Shown here piece after piece: positions 49,745 through 61,665 of a stretch of DNA of 64,000 nucleotides. The stretch spans positions 75,764,001-75,828,000 of the forward strand of contig NC_083417.1 of the NCBI RefSeq assembly GCF_020745735.1, in the 5' to 3' direction. This DNA comes from Hemiscyllium ocellatum. Lineage: Eukaryota. Each line of letters begins with the position of its first letter. Within the stretch, counting starts at the first letter, position 1. Both the position numbers and the translations under genes were made by a program. The notes below the pieces were generated by a model that did not search any database, was not told the DNA's origin, and saw nothing but the letters and a program-made list of their open reading frames with translations.

Positions 49745-50519
49745 AAATGTTTTGCTCTTCAGTTTGGATCTGGGATAATTTGTAGTCCATCTTGGTTTGG
49801 CTGGAAGCTGTGTCCAGTATATGCATTGCAATTTTGCGTTATTACTTTATATACATTGTAATACATTTCTTCAAACAATGATTTTTAATTTACTCCCATT
49901 CAAAACTATAAATCACCAGTTGTTTTTTTCTTGTTTTCCTTCAGAATATCGGACGACGTTCTGACAGAATACCTCTGAGATCTATGACAAATACTCAGTT
50001 TGATGGCAGAGGCCCTTTTCATGATTTTAATATTGAATACATGCGTCAGTATTTCAGTTTATTATGATGCAAATTGCTCAACAGTGACGGACAACAAATT
50101 GGGTCTTTGAATATGTGCAACTAATCATGAAAATTTCACCAACAATTTTGTTTGCATGATAAACTAACAATGCAAGTTGTAGTTTCTTGAATTAATATCG
50201 ATTCAATTGAAGAAGGTTGGAACATACTTCATCCGTCTCTTAGGTTGAAAGTCAGTGCGCTAAGGTGGTTGTTCAGCTGTTTATCAAGTCAGCGTAATGT
50301 CAGTAGGCATGGCTCAATTCCCAGGTGCATCAGTCCTCTGGTGCGGTCATATATTTAAGGAAGATGGAAAACCTTTGGCCACTGCTCAGCAGTCCCCATC
50401 ATTAATTCTCTGACATACCTGGATACATTTGTACTGATCCTGGTGATTAATAAACGTTAAGTAAACTCGCATATCTGACAGCATTTCTTCATCAGTCCAT
50501 TTCATTTCCAGCTGTTAAC

Positions 50520-50815
50520 TAGGCATACAGTTATAGAGTCATACAGCATGGAAACAGACTATTCGGTCAAACAAATCCATGCCACCTACCCTTAGCCCAT
50601 ATACCTCCAAACATTTATTCATGTACTTATCCAAATGTCTTTTAAAACTAATTATTGCATTTCCATCCACCACTTCTTCTGAAACATTATTGCATCGACA
50701 TAGCACATTGTGTAAAAAATAGTCCCTCATGCATTTTTAAAACAAATGTTGGTCTTCTCACGTTAAACATATGCCCCTAGTCATGAAATCTCACACCTTA
50801 GAGAAAAGGTATCTG
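50520..50815 (-). mobile_element. CR1 LINE 3' fragment
   Basis: MRDYFLHNV..EEVVDGNAIISFKRHLDKYM. Confidence 0.8.
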
Positions 50816-50849
50816 CCATTTATCTGATATATAGTAGATAGGCAACATA

Positions 50850-53800
50850 CTGGAAGACCACAGCAAGCCAGGAAGTAGCAGGAAGTTCAGAAGTCGACGT
50901 TTTAGATGTGACCCTTCTTCAGGTTTGGGGGTGGATCTGGAACGAGCTGCAAATAAAACGGGAGACGGGGGTAGTGTGGTAAAGTGGAGATAGGTGAAGA
51001 CAGGCAGAGGGTGCAACTTGGTTGGTCAATGGGAAGAATGTATCCAATTGGTGGCAGGGATTAGTGGACAGGATGTGGATAGGCTGGGAAGGGATTTGGG
51101 GATGGGAGGATGGTTATTTGAAATTGGGGAACTCAAAGTTGAGTCCTCTGGGCTGTAGGGTGCCCAGGCAGAAGATAAGATGCTGTTCCTCCAAGAGGAG
51201 CTGTGGTTTGTTTTGTCAATGGGCGAGGCCAAGGATGTTCATGTCGAAAAGAGATGGTTGGAGGAATAGAAATAGGCAGTGACTGGGAGATCTGGTTGGC
51301 CAATGTGGATCCAACTGCGATACTCAGTGAACCGTTACCTAAGTTTACGTTCATTCTCCCCAGCGCAGAGAAGACCACATCGGGAGAACGTGATGCAATA
51401 AACTAGATTGGAAGAGAGACAGGTGAACCTCCGTCTCACCTGGAAGGTCTGTTTGTGGCCACGTATGATGATGGTGGGGGGTTGCATCTTTTCTGGATGC
51501 AGGGGGAAGGTACCTGGGGGTTTGGTGGCGGGGGTTCTGCGGTCTATTTGGAGTTTGCGGAGGTTTATGAGGATGATGCATTCAATGAAGAAAGTGGTGG
51601 AGTAGTAGATGAGGACAAGGGATCTCTGTCTTTATTGCATTGATAGGAGGGGTTTACAGCGGTGGGACGGGGAATGGAGGTGGTGCAGCAGAGCGCTGTC
51701 TGGATGACAGAGGGAGGTAAAGCATGTCAGTCAAAATAGGTGGGCGTGTGGGATGCTCATGAGTGGAATGTCTCATCGTCTGCGCAGATGCTGCATCAAT
51801 GGAGGAATTTGGTGAATGCAATGGAGTTCTTGCAGTATACTGGGTGGGAGGACGTGTAGTCTGGGTAGTTTTGGATGTTTGCAGGTTTGTACTGGACATC
51901 CATCTGGAGACTGTCGCCACAGATGGAAATGGTAAGGTCGAGAAAGTGGAGAGAGGTGTCTGAGTGAAGTTGAGGGTGGGCTAGAAGTTGCAGGTGAAGT
52001 TGATCAACTGCTCCAGTTCAGCCTGGATGCAGGACACTGCACTGATGCAATCATCAATGTTACGGTGCAAGAATTGGTACACAGTGCCTGTGTAGGTACT
52101 GAAGTGGGTCTGTTCGATATAGCCAACAAAGAGGAAGGTGTAGCTGGGGCCCACCCAGCTTGATTTGATTTGGAAGAAATGGGAGGCGTTAAATAAAAGA
52201 TGATTGAGGGTTAGGACCAGTTAGCGAGGCAGAAGGGGTATTGCTGGAAGGGGACTAGATAGGTCTATTGAAGAGGAAGACAGGGAGAGCCTGGAGACGG
52301 TCCTTGTGGGGTACAGACCTGTATAAGGACTGCATGCCCATAGTGAAGAGAAACACGGTGGGCTGGAGAACTGGGAACTACCGATGAGATGGAGGGCGTT
52401 GTTGGTGTCCCGGATGTGGATGGAAAGTGCATGAACTAAGTGGGAGAGGATGCATTTGAGATAGGATGAAATGTATTTGGTGGGGTATGAGCATGCCGAG
52501 ACAAAAGGTCGGCCAAGGGAATTGGGATTGTGGATTTAGGGGAGCAGGTAGAACCAGGCAGTATGGGGCTGGGGGACAATGGGTTTGGAGGCAGATAAGG
52601 GGAGATCACCAGAGGCAATGAGGGCACTGACGATGTCTTGGACTTGGGCCTGATAGACAGCGATGGGTTCGTAGCAAGGGGTAGGAAGGATGTGATTTGG
52701 AGAGTTTGTGATCGGCCTCTGATATATAGAGGACGGTCCTCCAGATATCCAGATGGGCCCCAGCTATGCCTGCTTGTTTGTCGGCTATATCAAACAGTCT
52801 CCCTTCAGTACCGACATCGGTCCTGTACTCCTACTCTTCTGCCATTGAATCGATGACTGCATCGGTGTATTGTCTGGCACCCAGGCTGAACTGGACCAGT
52901 TCATAGACTTCATCCACAACTTTCACCCCACCTTCAAATTTACTTAGACCATCTCAGACACCTCCCTCCCTTTTCTTGACCTCACCATTTCCATCTCCAG
53001 TGACAGTCCCCAGACGGACGTCACTACAAACCTACAGGCTCCCATTACTCCCTGGACAACACCTCCTCCCACGCAGTATCTTACAAGAACTCCATCCCAT
53101 TCTCCCAATTCCTTTGCCTCCGCCGCATCTGCACAGAGGAGGAGACATTCCACTCGCGAGCATCCCAGATGTCCACCTATTCTGAACAATGTGCTTTTCT
53201 TCCCTCCATCATCCAGACAGCCCTCCACCGCATCACCTTCGTTCCCTTTTCCACTTCTTGATGAAGGGCTTTTGTCCGAAATGTCAATTTTCATGCTCCT
53301 CTGATGCTGCCTGACCTGTTGTGCTTTTCTAGCACCACTCTAATCTTGTTCTAAATTACCCCCAGTGTAATAAAGGCAGAGTTCCCCTTATACTCACCTA
53401 CCACTCCACCAGTCTCCACATCCAATCCACAACCTCCACTTCTGCAAACTCCAAATAGGCCCCACACCAAGATTATCTTACCCTCCCCAATCCTCTCTGC
53501 TTTCCACAAGGGCTGTTCCCTTCAACGGCACCAAACCCCCAGATATCTTCCCCTACACCGAGAAGAGATACGAAACCTGGCCGTATACCATCTTCCCCCC
53601 CCCCCTCCATCTAGGGCCCCAAACAGGTGATATGGAGATTCACCTGCCTCTCCTCCAACCTAGTTTACTGCATCAGGTGCTCCCAATTCTCTCCATCGGG
53701 GAGACCAAATGTAAACTTAGGGAAGGGTTCACCAATTATCGCAGCCGGGCTCGCAGAGGCCAACCAAACCTCCCAGGCACTGCCCACTTCAATTCCCCCA

Positions 53801-54265
53801 ACTACTCTTATTCCAACATGACTATCCTTTGCCTCCTCCATTGGAAAAACAAACCACAGTTCTTATTGAAGTAACAACACTTTGTCTTCCGCCTGGGCAC
53901 CCTACAGCCTGGAGGACTCAACATTGAGTTCTCCAGTTTCAAATAATCACCCTCCCTAACCCCCGCCTCCCTTCCCGGCCCTCCCCCACTTCCACTGCTC
54001 CCTGCCACCAACCATATTCATTCCTCCCATTGACTAACCAGTTTGTACTCTCTGCCTGTCTTCACCCATCCCTACCTCACCACCCAGCCCCAGCCACCCT
54101 CTTTATCTGCAGCTCCCCACCCTACACACACACACATTTCCAGTCCTGAAGAGTGGTCATATCTGAAACGTTGACCTCGACACCTCCTGATGCTGCCCCT
54201 CCTGATGCTGCCTGTCTTGCTGAATTCTTGCAGCCTTCTGCCTGTCTAATTTGAATTCCAGCATC
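50850..54265. mobile_element. Two divergent Penelope-like fragments forming a 3.4-kb inverted structure
   Basis: Minus strand GPSYTFLFVGYIEQ (about 52130) and RRFTCLSSNLVYCI (about 51400); plus strand MGPSYACLFVGY (52754) and RFTCLSSNLVYCIRC (53635); family-D hammerhead remnants at about 50895 (-) and 54147 (+). Confidence 0.85.
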
Positions 54266-54284
54266 TGCTTTTTTTGTCTTTTTT

Positions 54285-55100
54285 TTATCTTATCTATACC
54301 CCTCATCATTTTATAAACATATTTAAGGTCACTCCTTAAATTCCTACACTCATTTGCTAAACGTCCAAACCTATCCAGCCCCTCTTTATAACTCAAACCC
54401 TCCGTTATCAGAAACATCCTGATAAATATTTTCTGAACACTCTCTAGCTTCATAGTCTCCTTCATATAACAGGATGACCAGAGCAGGACACAGTACTCCC
54501 GAAGAGATCTTCCAAATGTTCTGTCTAACTATAAAACATGTCAAAACTCCTTTCTTCAAGGAAATGAGCAATAAAGGCAAGTATGCTCAATGGCTTCATA
54601 ACCTTCCTGCCTTCATATTTCGCAAAGTTCAAAGAATTTTGTACCTGAACCCCAAATTTCTCGATTCTATAACTACACAATGGCACACTTTTATTTGTAT
54701 TAGCATTGTCCTTGTTTGTTTGACTAAAATGCATTTATCCAAATTAAACTCCATCTGCCACTCTTCAGTCCATTAACCCAATTGATCAAGATGTCTTTGT
54801 AATCTGAGATAAACTTCTTCACTGTCCAGTATCCTATGAATTTTGGTATTATTCGCAAACTTACTAACCATGCTTTCTAAATGCTCATCTAAATCATTTA
54901 CATAAATGACAAACAAACAAATGGAGCCAACACCAATTCTTGTGGAACACCACTGGTCACAGGCTCCCAGTCTGAACAGCAACTCTCCACCACAACTCTC
55001 TGTCTCTTGCCTTTAAGCTAATTTTGCACCAAATTTCCAAAGTCACCCTGAATCCCTTATGAACTAATTATACAAATTAGTCTCTAATGGGGAATCTTGT
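54285..55100 (-). mobile_element. CR1 LINE RT C-terminal fragment
   Basis: LFVIYVNDLDEHLESMVSKFANNTKI, LESVQKIFIRM. Confidence 0.85.
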
Positions 55101-55827
55101 TAAATGTTTCACAAAAGTAAACCTTTTTCACTTATTCACTTTAGTCTGCTATAGTCTAGCTTCAAAAACCAAACTCAATTTGTTTTCCATCTTCAAAATA
55201 TTTTAGATTTTTGGTCAATTCTTATTTCCTGGAGTGATTCTAATATTCTTCAATTTGGTTCCAATTAGCTGATCCCATAATTTCTGCCAAGGTAATTTGA
55301 ATTCAGATTATCCAAAAAGAGCAGTGGTCCCAATTCCAATCACAACTCGTTGTCTACCTATGCCAGACGGAAATTAAAACCATCATCCATCAGTAAATTC
55401 AACTCTGTGCTAACACAGCCACTGACACGGTGCTCCCAAATATGTCAGCTTAACTGGTAAATTGTTTTGTAATATTCTTTTAAAGAATTTTTAATTATTT
55501 TTTTAAAAAGCTTGCACACTGTTAGTAAATGGTCCAATTAACATTCCAATAATTATATTTTGTGAAAAGCACATTGTTAATTGTCGTTAAAACACACATT
55601 ACAATTTTATAATCTTAAAAATCTCAAGAACAATATAACATAATAATGGCTCATGACAGATTTTGAGCATAAGAAAAAAATCCAAGTTATTTTGCATGAA
55701 AACGTGACAAAGAACAGTTTTGTATTCTCACACAGTTTTGAGCACAACTGTTGGTTCATTGTGCATTAAATTCAAAGCAGAAACATTTGCCTAATTCCGC
55801 AAAGCTGAACAGCTATTAGTAACTTAC

Positions 55828-55912
55828 TGAGCACTCCTATTGCCCCAAGTACAGGGCAATAAATGAATTCAACATCAGCGAGTGTTGGAAGTAGGTTGAA
55901 TGGATACTTCAT
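55828..55912 (-). CDS. GPR139/GPR142-like GPCR, exon 1
   Basis: ATG at 55912; MKYPFNLLPTLADVEFIYCPVLGAIGVL + A|GTAAGT (phase 1); joins exon 2 to complete TM1 (GAIGVL-I-NLL); total 325 aa. Confidence 0.85.
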
Positions 55913-56106
55913 ACTCAGAGAAAAGAGATTAGTCAAAGCTGATCTGGAACTGGGATCATCATTTATATATAGAAAACATGTTCTCCAGGGATACAATTTG
56001 CTGGATGATCAATGATGTTAGTTACAGTTCTTTTAACAAACATATCAGATAGAGTTAAAAAAAAACATACATCACCAGGTTATAGACCAACCAGATTATT
56101 TGGAAG

Positions 56107-56141
56107 TAATAGCTTTCGGACCGCTGCTCCTTCATCAGAGA
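56107..56141 (-). ncRNA. Hammerhead core (family C), stem I degenerate
   Basis: Reverse complement CTGATGA-A-GGA-GCAGCGG-TCC-GAAA-GCTA. Confidence 0.45.
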
Positions 56142-56309
56142 AATGTGGAACAGGGTCATAAGACACCGAATTTGTAGCAAAAGATTGCAGTGTTATGCAA
56201 CTCAAAAAAATATTGAATAAACCTAGATTGCTGTTAAGTCTTCCATCTTTTAAAAGTGTTTGCAGATTTCTGTTCATTAGTTGTAAATGCCAGAACTTAT
56301 TTCAAGTCT

Positions 56310-56775
56310 CATAGATTCATAAGGTCATAGAGTCATAGAAACACACAGCACTGAAACAGACCATTCCCTCCAAATCATCCATGCCAACCGGATATTCAAA
56401 CCTAATCTAGTCCCATTTTCCAGCACTTGGCCCATATCCTTCTAAATTCTTCCTATTGCTCTACCCATCCAGAAGCCTTTTAAATGCTGTAACTGTACCA
56501 GCCTCCACCACTTCTTCTGGCAACTCATTCCATACACACTCCACCATCTGCTTGAAAACTTTGCCTCTTAAGTACATTTTATACCTTTCTCCTCTCACCC
56601 TAAACCTATGCCCTCTAGTTCTGGACACCCACATGTCAGGGAAATGATTTTGTCTGTTTATCCTATCCATGCCCCTCGTGATTTTATAAACCTCTGTAAG
56701 GTCACCTCTCAGCCACTGACACACCAGTGAAAACAGCCCCAGCACATTCAGCCTCTCCATATAGCTCACTCTCCA
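56310..56775 (-). mobile_element. CR1 LINE 3' fragment
   Basis: MSYMERLNVLGLFSL...SRTRGHRFRVRG...VWNELPEEVVEAGT; TCATAGAG tail. Confidence 0.9.
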
Positions 56776-56836
56776 GATAACTTAAGGTGGCCTCAACCTG
56801 GACCTGGGTTCATTTCACACAACAGGTGACCCCACG

Positions 56837-56840
<4 letters not shown>

Positions 56841-56901
<61 letters not shown>
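56841..56901. repeat. (CA)n microsatellite
   Basis: Direct reading of the sequence. Confidence 0.97.
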
Positions 56902-56902
<1 letters not shown>

Positions 56903-57016
56903 TCTTGCATATTCACACACGCATGCAGACCCTCTCTCAAAGGTGTGATTTCTCTCATACATACATACATACATCCTCCAGACCCAGACCCGTGCAGACT
57001 CCATCTCACAGGCTTA

Positions 57017-57150
57017 TATAGTGGAAACTCGATTATCCGAACTTGATGGGTGGACATTATTTCGTTAGCATAATCGATTGTTTGGAAAATCGATTAAATG
57101 CCTTTCCTCTGGGGCTCGCAGTTTTAAAATTTGCTCCCTGTTCAGGAAAC
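57017..57150 (+). mobile_element. Possible Tigger/pogo-like DNA transposon end
   Basis: TATAGTGGAAACTCGATTATCCGAA resembles Tigger-type TIRs after a TA; partner TIR not found. Confidence 0.4.
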
Positions 57151-58069
57151 TGCAGCAGCACAGAGCACGCAAGCCCCCACCACCAACACAGTCCCTCACC
57201 TGCCAGACCCCCAGCTCCCATTCATTACCTCTCGCCAGCCCCCCAACACCTCCTCCTCCCTGCAAAACTGCACCCACCTCTTTCCCCACCGTCCAACACC
57301 CCCGGTCCCCAGCACAAAGCGCGCACACTTGCACCCCCCCAACTTAATCAAACCCCATCCCTCGATGCCAACCCTGTCCAACCCCATCCAACCCCACCCC
57401 AATCCTGGACGAAACCCGCTCCCCAACCCGGTGCAACCCCACCCCCCCGCCCCCTAACTCAAAGCGCACAAGGCCCACCCCAAGCCAGACCTCCCACCCC
57501 CTCCTCATCTACCCCGGCCTAACCTCACACATTTAATGCATTGTCTGAGATAAGGTGTCATATCTTTGTGTGAAAACTTCATTTATCTCAAGAATGGGAC
57601 TGGGATTTGTATTCATATTAATGAACTGAAGCCTGCAACTTATTCTAAAAGGTGAAAGACTTAACAGCAATCTAGGTTTGTCCAATACATTGTTTCAGTT
57701 GCATGATACTGTAATCTTGGAGTAGAGTTCTGAAACCTTGTACTTCCAAATAAACCTGTTGGACTATAACCTGGTGTTGTGTCTTTTATAACTTTGAACA
57801 GCCCAGTCCAACACCAGAACCTCCATATCACATCGGGGAGAGACATATAACATGAGAAGAAACATTGATTCTGGAATAGAAATGTTGAATGCTGCAGAGG
57901 AGTAAGGATTACTTGAGGATTGGGCACTCTGAATTCATGAGTAACAGAGTGGGGGTGAGAAAAATATGATCCATTTTGGTTTAAGCTCTCCAACCCCAAC
58001 AGCATCTCTTTTCTGTAAATGTGTGGAAACAGGTCTTTCCTCCCCGAAGTTTCACACTGACCTACGGAA

Positions 58070-58320
58070 GATTATCCCACGCAGACCCATACCCTCTCAC
58101 TCTACATTTACCACTGACTAATGTACCTAACCTACATATCTCTGAACACTATGAGCATTTTAGCATGACCAATTCATATAATCTGAATTGTGAGAGGAAA
58201 CATACACAGATGCAGGGAGAATGTGCAAACTCCACACAGTCACCGAAAGCTGGAATTGAACCCAAGTCCCTGGATGCTGTGAGGCTGCACTGCTAACCAC
58301 TGAGTCGCCATGCCAGCCGC
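58070..58320 (-). mobile_element. Older, diverged SINE
   Basis: Reverse complement of the head (GCTAACCACTGAG..CCATGCC) and body (GCAAACTCCACACAG). Confidence 0.6.
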
Positions 58321-58590
58321 AAATTTCAAACAGTTAATTCATTTGTTCTTGTCATTTTCGCCATTACCAAAATGAATAAGTGAGCCACTAAAGAGTAAGT
58401 GAACAATTGAACTTCTTCAAAGAGAGTCACATTGGAGATAGTACATGAAGCAGAAAACAGAGTAACTAAAACATGGAGTTAGTTTAATGAATAAACCTTG
58501 GATATTATCATGAAAAGGATAGGATTCATGTCAAAGAAAAGCCACTTCTAAATGTGTTACAGAACCAAGTCTAACACAGGAAGTAGAAAT

Positions 58591-58834
58591 TAGATTACTT
58601 ACAGTGTTGAAACAGGCCCTTCGGCCCAACAAGTCCACACCAAAGCGCAACCCACCCCCCTATATTTACCCAACACTTCGGGCAATTTAGCATGGCCAAT
58701 TCTCCTGACCTGCACATCTTTGGACTGTGGGAGGAAACCGGAGCACCCGAAGGCAACCCATGCAGACACGGGGAGAACGTGCAAACTCCAGTCAGTCAGT
58801 CGCCTGAGCTAACCACAGTGCCACCGTGCCGCCC
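58591..58834 (-). mobile_element. HE1-type SINE with internal deletion
   Basis: Ends GCTAACCACAGTGCCACCGTGCCGCCC; begins TAGATTACTTACAGTGTTGAAACAGGCCCTTCGGCCC. Confidence 0.9.
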
Positions 58835-59671
58835 AAATGAAGCATTAAACTGAGAACAGAACAGACAAATATAGATCAAGTATAATGATCGTTAGAGCAC
58901 TTTTGATTTTATATTTGGCTTTAAGAATTCAGGAGTAATAGAGAAACTGGTAGCTTGTAATTTTTATTCTTGACAGGTCATTAGATCTGTATGACAAATT
59001 CATCAGAACTTTTCAACAAACTTTGTTTAATTTATGGTCTTATGGTCTGTAACGTGCCAGTTTAGTCAAGCACTGGGAATGGTTTTAATTCCAGAATGTT
59101 GTTCACCCAGTTAACGTTTGGATATTTAGTTAACCTCCCAAAGCAAAAAGCTCTGAGTCTACCAAGAAGGTGGAATGCAGCAGACACTAGACATCAGATG
59201 TAAAAACAGAAACAACTCAAAATCTCCCTGGAGATCAGTTGTAATCTGTGGGGAGAGAAATTGTTATAATTTCAGCTAAATGATATTTAAATATGTCTCC
59301 AGCATTCTTTATTTGAATGCCACTAATCAAATTGAAAGGTTCTGCAGAATCTTTGAAGGTTTTCTAAGCCAACATAGCCTGATGGAAGCTATAAAATATT
59401 ATCCTTTATCCAACCGTGTTGTCACTGTGACACACGTGCTCCTTTCCCTTTTTGATGAGACTGCAACATTGAGTTGAATAAGAAGGTCCTTTTAAACTAA
59501 CTAATTGTCTTATTGTCACCACAGCTGGAGAGAATAGCATTCTCAAAATCAGAATCATGTTGAGTTATAGATCAAAAAGATGGAGAGCATGGAATCAGAC
59601 CCTTCAGTCTAATTTGTCCATGCTGACCAGATATCCTGAAATCATCTAGTCTCATTTGCCGGTACTTGGCC

Positions 59672-60061
59672 GAGAGTGGGACCATTCGGCACAGCCACTT
59701 TGGCGTGAGCATTTTGGTGCAGGCTGTTTTGCCACAGAGCTGTTTCGGCGAAGGTCATATTGATTTTAGGATTAATGAAAATAGTAAAAATAAAAGTTTA
59801 ATTTTCAGGCTTAGTTAAAAACATTAATGAAAGCAATATAAATAAAAGTAATGTTTATCCCCTTCAGTAAAAATGTGAAAGAGAAAAAAAATTAAAAGAA
59901 ACTTGTTAACTAAGCCAGCAATCAATATGAGCTGCGCTGAAACAGCTTTTTTTTTTACTGCTTTCATTAATGTTGTTAACTAATCCTGAAATCAATATGA
60001 GACAGCTGCACTGCTAAACAGGTCTGTGGCAAAACGGTCTGCGCCAAATGGTCCTACCCCC
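59672..60061. mobile_element. MITE with imperfect TIRs and 9-bp TSD (Mutator-like)
   Basis: Flanks TACTTGGCC (59663-59671) and TACTTGACC (60062-60070); ends GAGAGTGGGACCATTCGGCACAG ... CTGCGCCAAATGGTCCTACCCCC; AT-rich inverted interior. Confidence 0.65.
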
Positions 60062-60830
60062 TACTTGACCCATATGCCCCTAAACCCTTTCTATCGATGT
60101 AGCCATCTAGATGTCTTTGAAAAGATGTAATTGCAACTCATTCCATACATGCACTGCAATCTGTATGAAAACGTTATCATCTCGGTGCCTTTCAAATCAC
60201 TTTCCCCTCACCCGGAATGTATGCCCTTTAGTTCTGAACTTTCCCAAAATCAGGGAAAAGATCTTGTCTATTTAGCCTATCCATATCCCTCATGATTTTA
60301 AAGACATGTATAAGATCAAACATCAGCCTCCAACTCTCCAGGGAAAACAACTCCAGCCTATTCAACCTCCCCCGATAGCTCAAATCCTCCAACCCTGGTA
60401 ACATTCTTATAAATCTTTTCTCAACCCTTTCAATTTTCCCAACATCCTTCCCATAGAAGGGAGAACAGAATTTCACACAATATTCTAAAAGTGACCTCAC
60501 CAATGTCCTGTACAGCCACAATATGATCTCTCAACTCCCATACATACTGCTCTGAACAACAAAGGAAAGCATACCAAATGCCTTCTTCACTATCCTATCT
60601 ACTTTAGACTCCACTTTCAAGGTCTCTTTATTCAGCAACACTCTCCAGGACCTTGCCATTATGTGCATAAGTCCTGCCTCGACTTGCCATTCCCGAACCT
60701 CACATTTATCTGAATTAATCTCCATCTGTCACTCCTTGGCCCATTGGCCCTTCTGATCAATATTGATTGTTGTTGAAAATGTGTTGCTGGTTAAAGCACA
60801 GCAGGTCAGGCAGCATCCAAGGAATAGGAA

Positions 60831-60866
60831 ATTCGACGTTTCGGGCATAGGCCCTTCATCAGGAAT
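60831..60866 (-). ncRNA. Minimal type-I hammerhead ribozyme
   Basis: Reverse complement ATTC-CTGATGA-A-GGGC-CTAT-GCCC-GAAA-C-GTC-GAAT: perfect stems I and II, ACGU palindromic stem III, GUC site. Confidence 0.8.
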
Positions 60867-60975
60867 GAGGAGAGGGTGCCAGGGAGGCTAAGATAAAAGG
60901 TAGGGAGGAGGGACTTGGGGGAGGGGCGATCCTCCTTCCTACCTTTTATCTTAGCCTGCCTGGCACCCTCTCTTC

Positions 60976-61011
60976 ATTCCTGATGAAGGGCCTATGCCCG
61001 AAACGTCGAAT
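60976..61011 (+). ncRNA. Minimal type-I hammerhead ribozyme
   Basis: ATTC-CTGATGA-A-GGGC-CTAT-GCCC-GAAA-C-GTC-GAAT. Confidence 0.8.
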
Positions 61012-61665
61012 TTCCTATTCCTTGGATGCTGCCTGACCTGCTGTGCTTTAACCAGCAACACATTTTCAACTGTGATCCCCAGCATCTGCAGACCTCACTT
61101 TTTACCTTCTGATCAATATCCTGTTGTAATGAAAGGTAACCTTCTTCGCTGTTCACTACACTTCCAATTTTGGTGTCACCTGCAAACTCACTAACTATAC
61201 CTCCAGTGATCCCATCCAAATCATTTTTATAAACATATAAATCGATCCTTGGAGCACACCACTGTTAACATGGCTCCAGTCTGAAAAGCAACCCTCCATC
61301 ACCACGTTCTGTCTTCTACCTTCCAGCGAGTTCTGTATCTAAATGACTAGTTCTCCCTTTATTCCGTGAGATCTAACCTTGCTATCCAATCGCCCATGGG
61401 GAACCTTGTCGAATGCCTGACTGAACTCCATATAGATCACGTCAACCGCTCTGTCCTCAACAATTCTCGTTATTACTTCTTCAAAAAACTCAATTACGTT
61501 AGTGAGACATGATTTCTCATGCACAAAGCCATGTTGACTTTCCCTAATCAGTCCTTGCCTTTCCAAATATATGTAATTCCTGTCCCTCAGGATTCCCTCC
61601 AACAACATGTGCACCACTGATATCAGGCTCACCGGTCTATAGTTCTTTGGCTTTTCCTTACCATA

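Larger units (their letters stand above)
56060..57790. mobile_element. Fold-back Penelope-like element (family C) with about 200-bp inverted arms and nested insertions
   Basis: CACCAGGTTATAGACCAACCAGATTATTTGGAAGTA at left and TACTTCCAAATAAACCTGTTGGACTATAACCTGGTG at right; AAACCTAGATTGCTGTTAAGTC mirrored at about 57658-57680. Confidence 0.75.
60764..61104. mobile_element. Young palindromic Penelope-derived insertion with 15-bp TSD
   Basis: TSD CCTTCTGATCAATAT at 60749-60763 and 61105-61119; 140-bp inverted arms 60772-60911 and 60931-61070 with 3 mismatches. Confidence 0.92.
59570..61665 (-). mobile_element. CR1 LINE RT region hosting a MITE and a Penelope palindrome
   Basis: NYRPVSLISVV, SQAFDKVPHGRL, EFAGDTKIG, LYRTLVRSLLEYCVKFCSP. 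Confidence 0.9.

Noticed and set aside
57043-57522. 159-aa proline-rich ORF and overlapping ORFs
   Set aside because: Product of a C-rich low-complexity tract inside repeats
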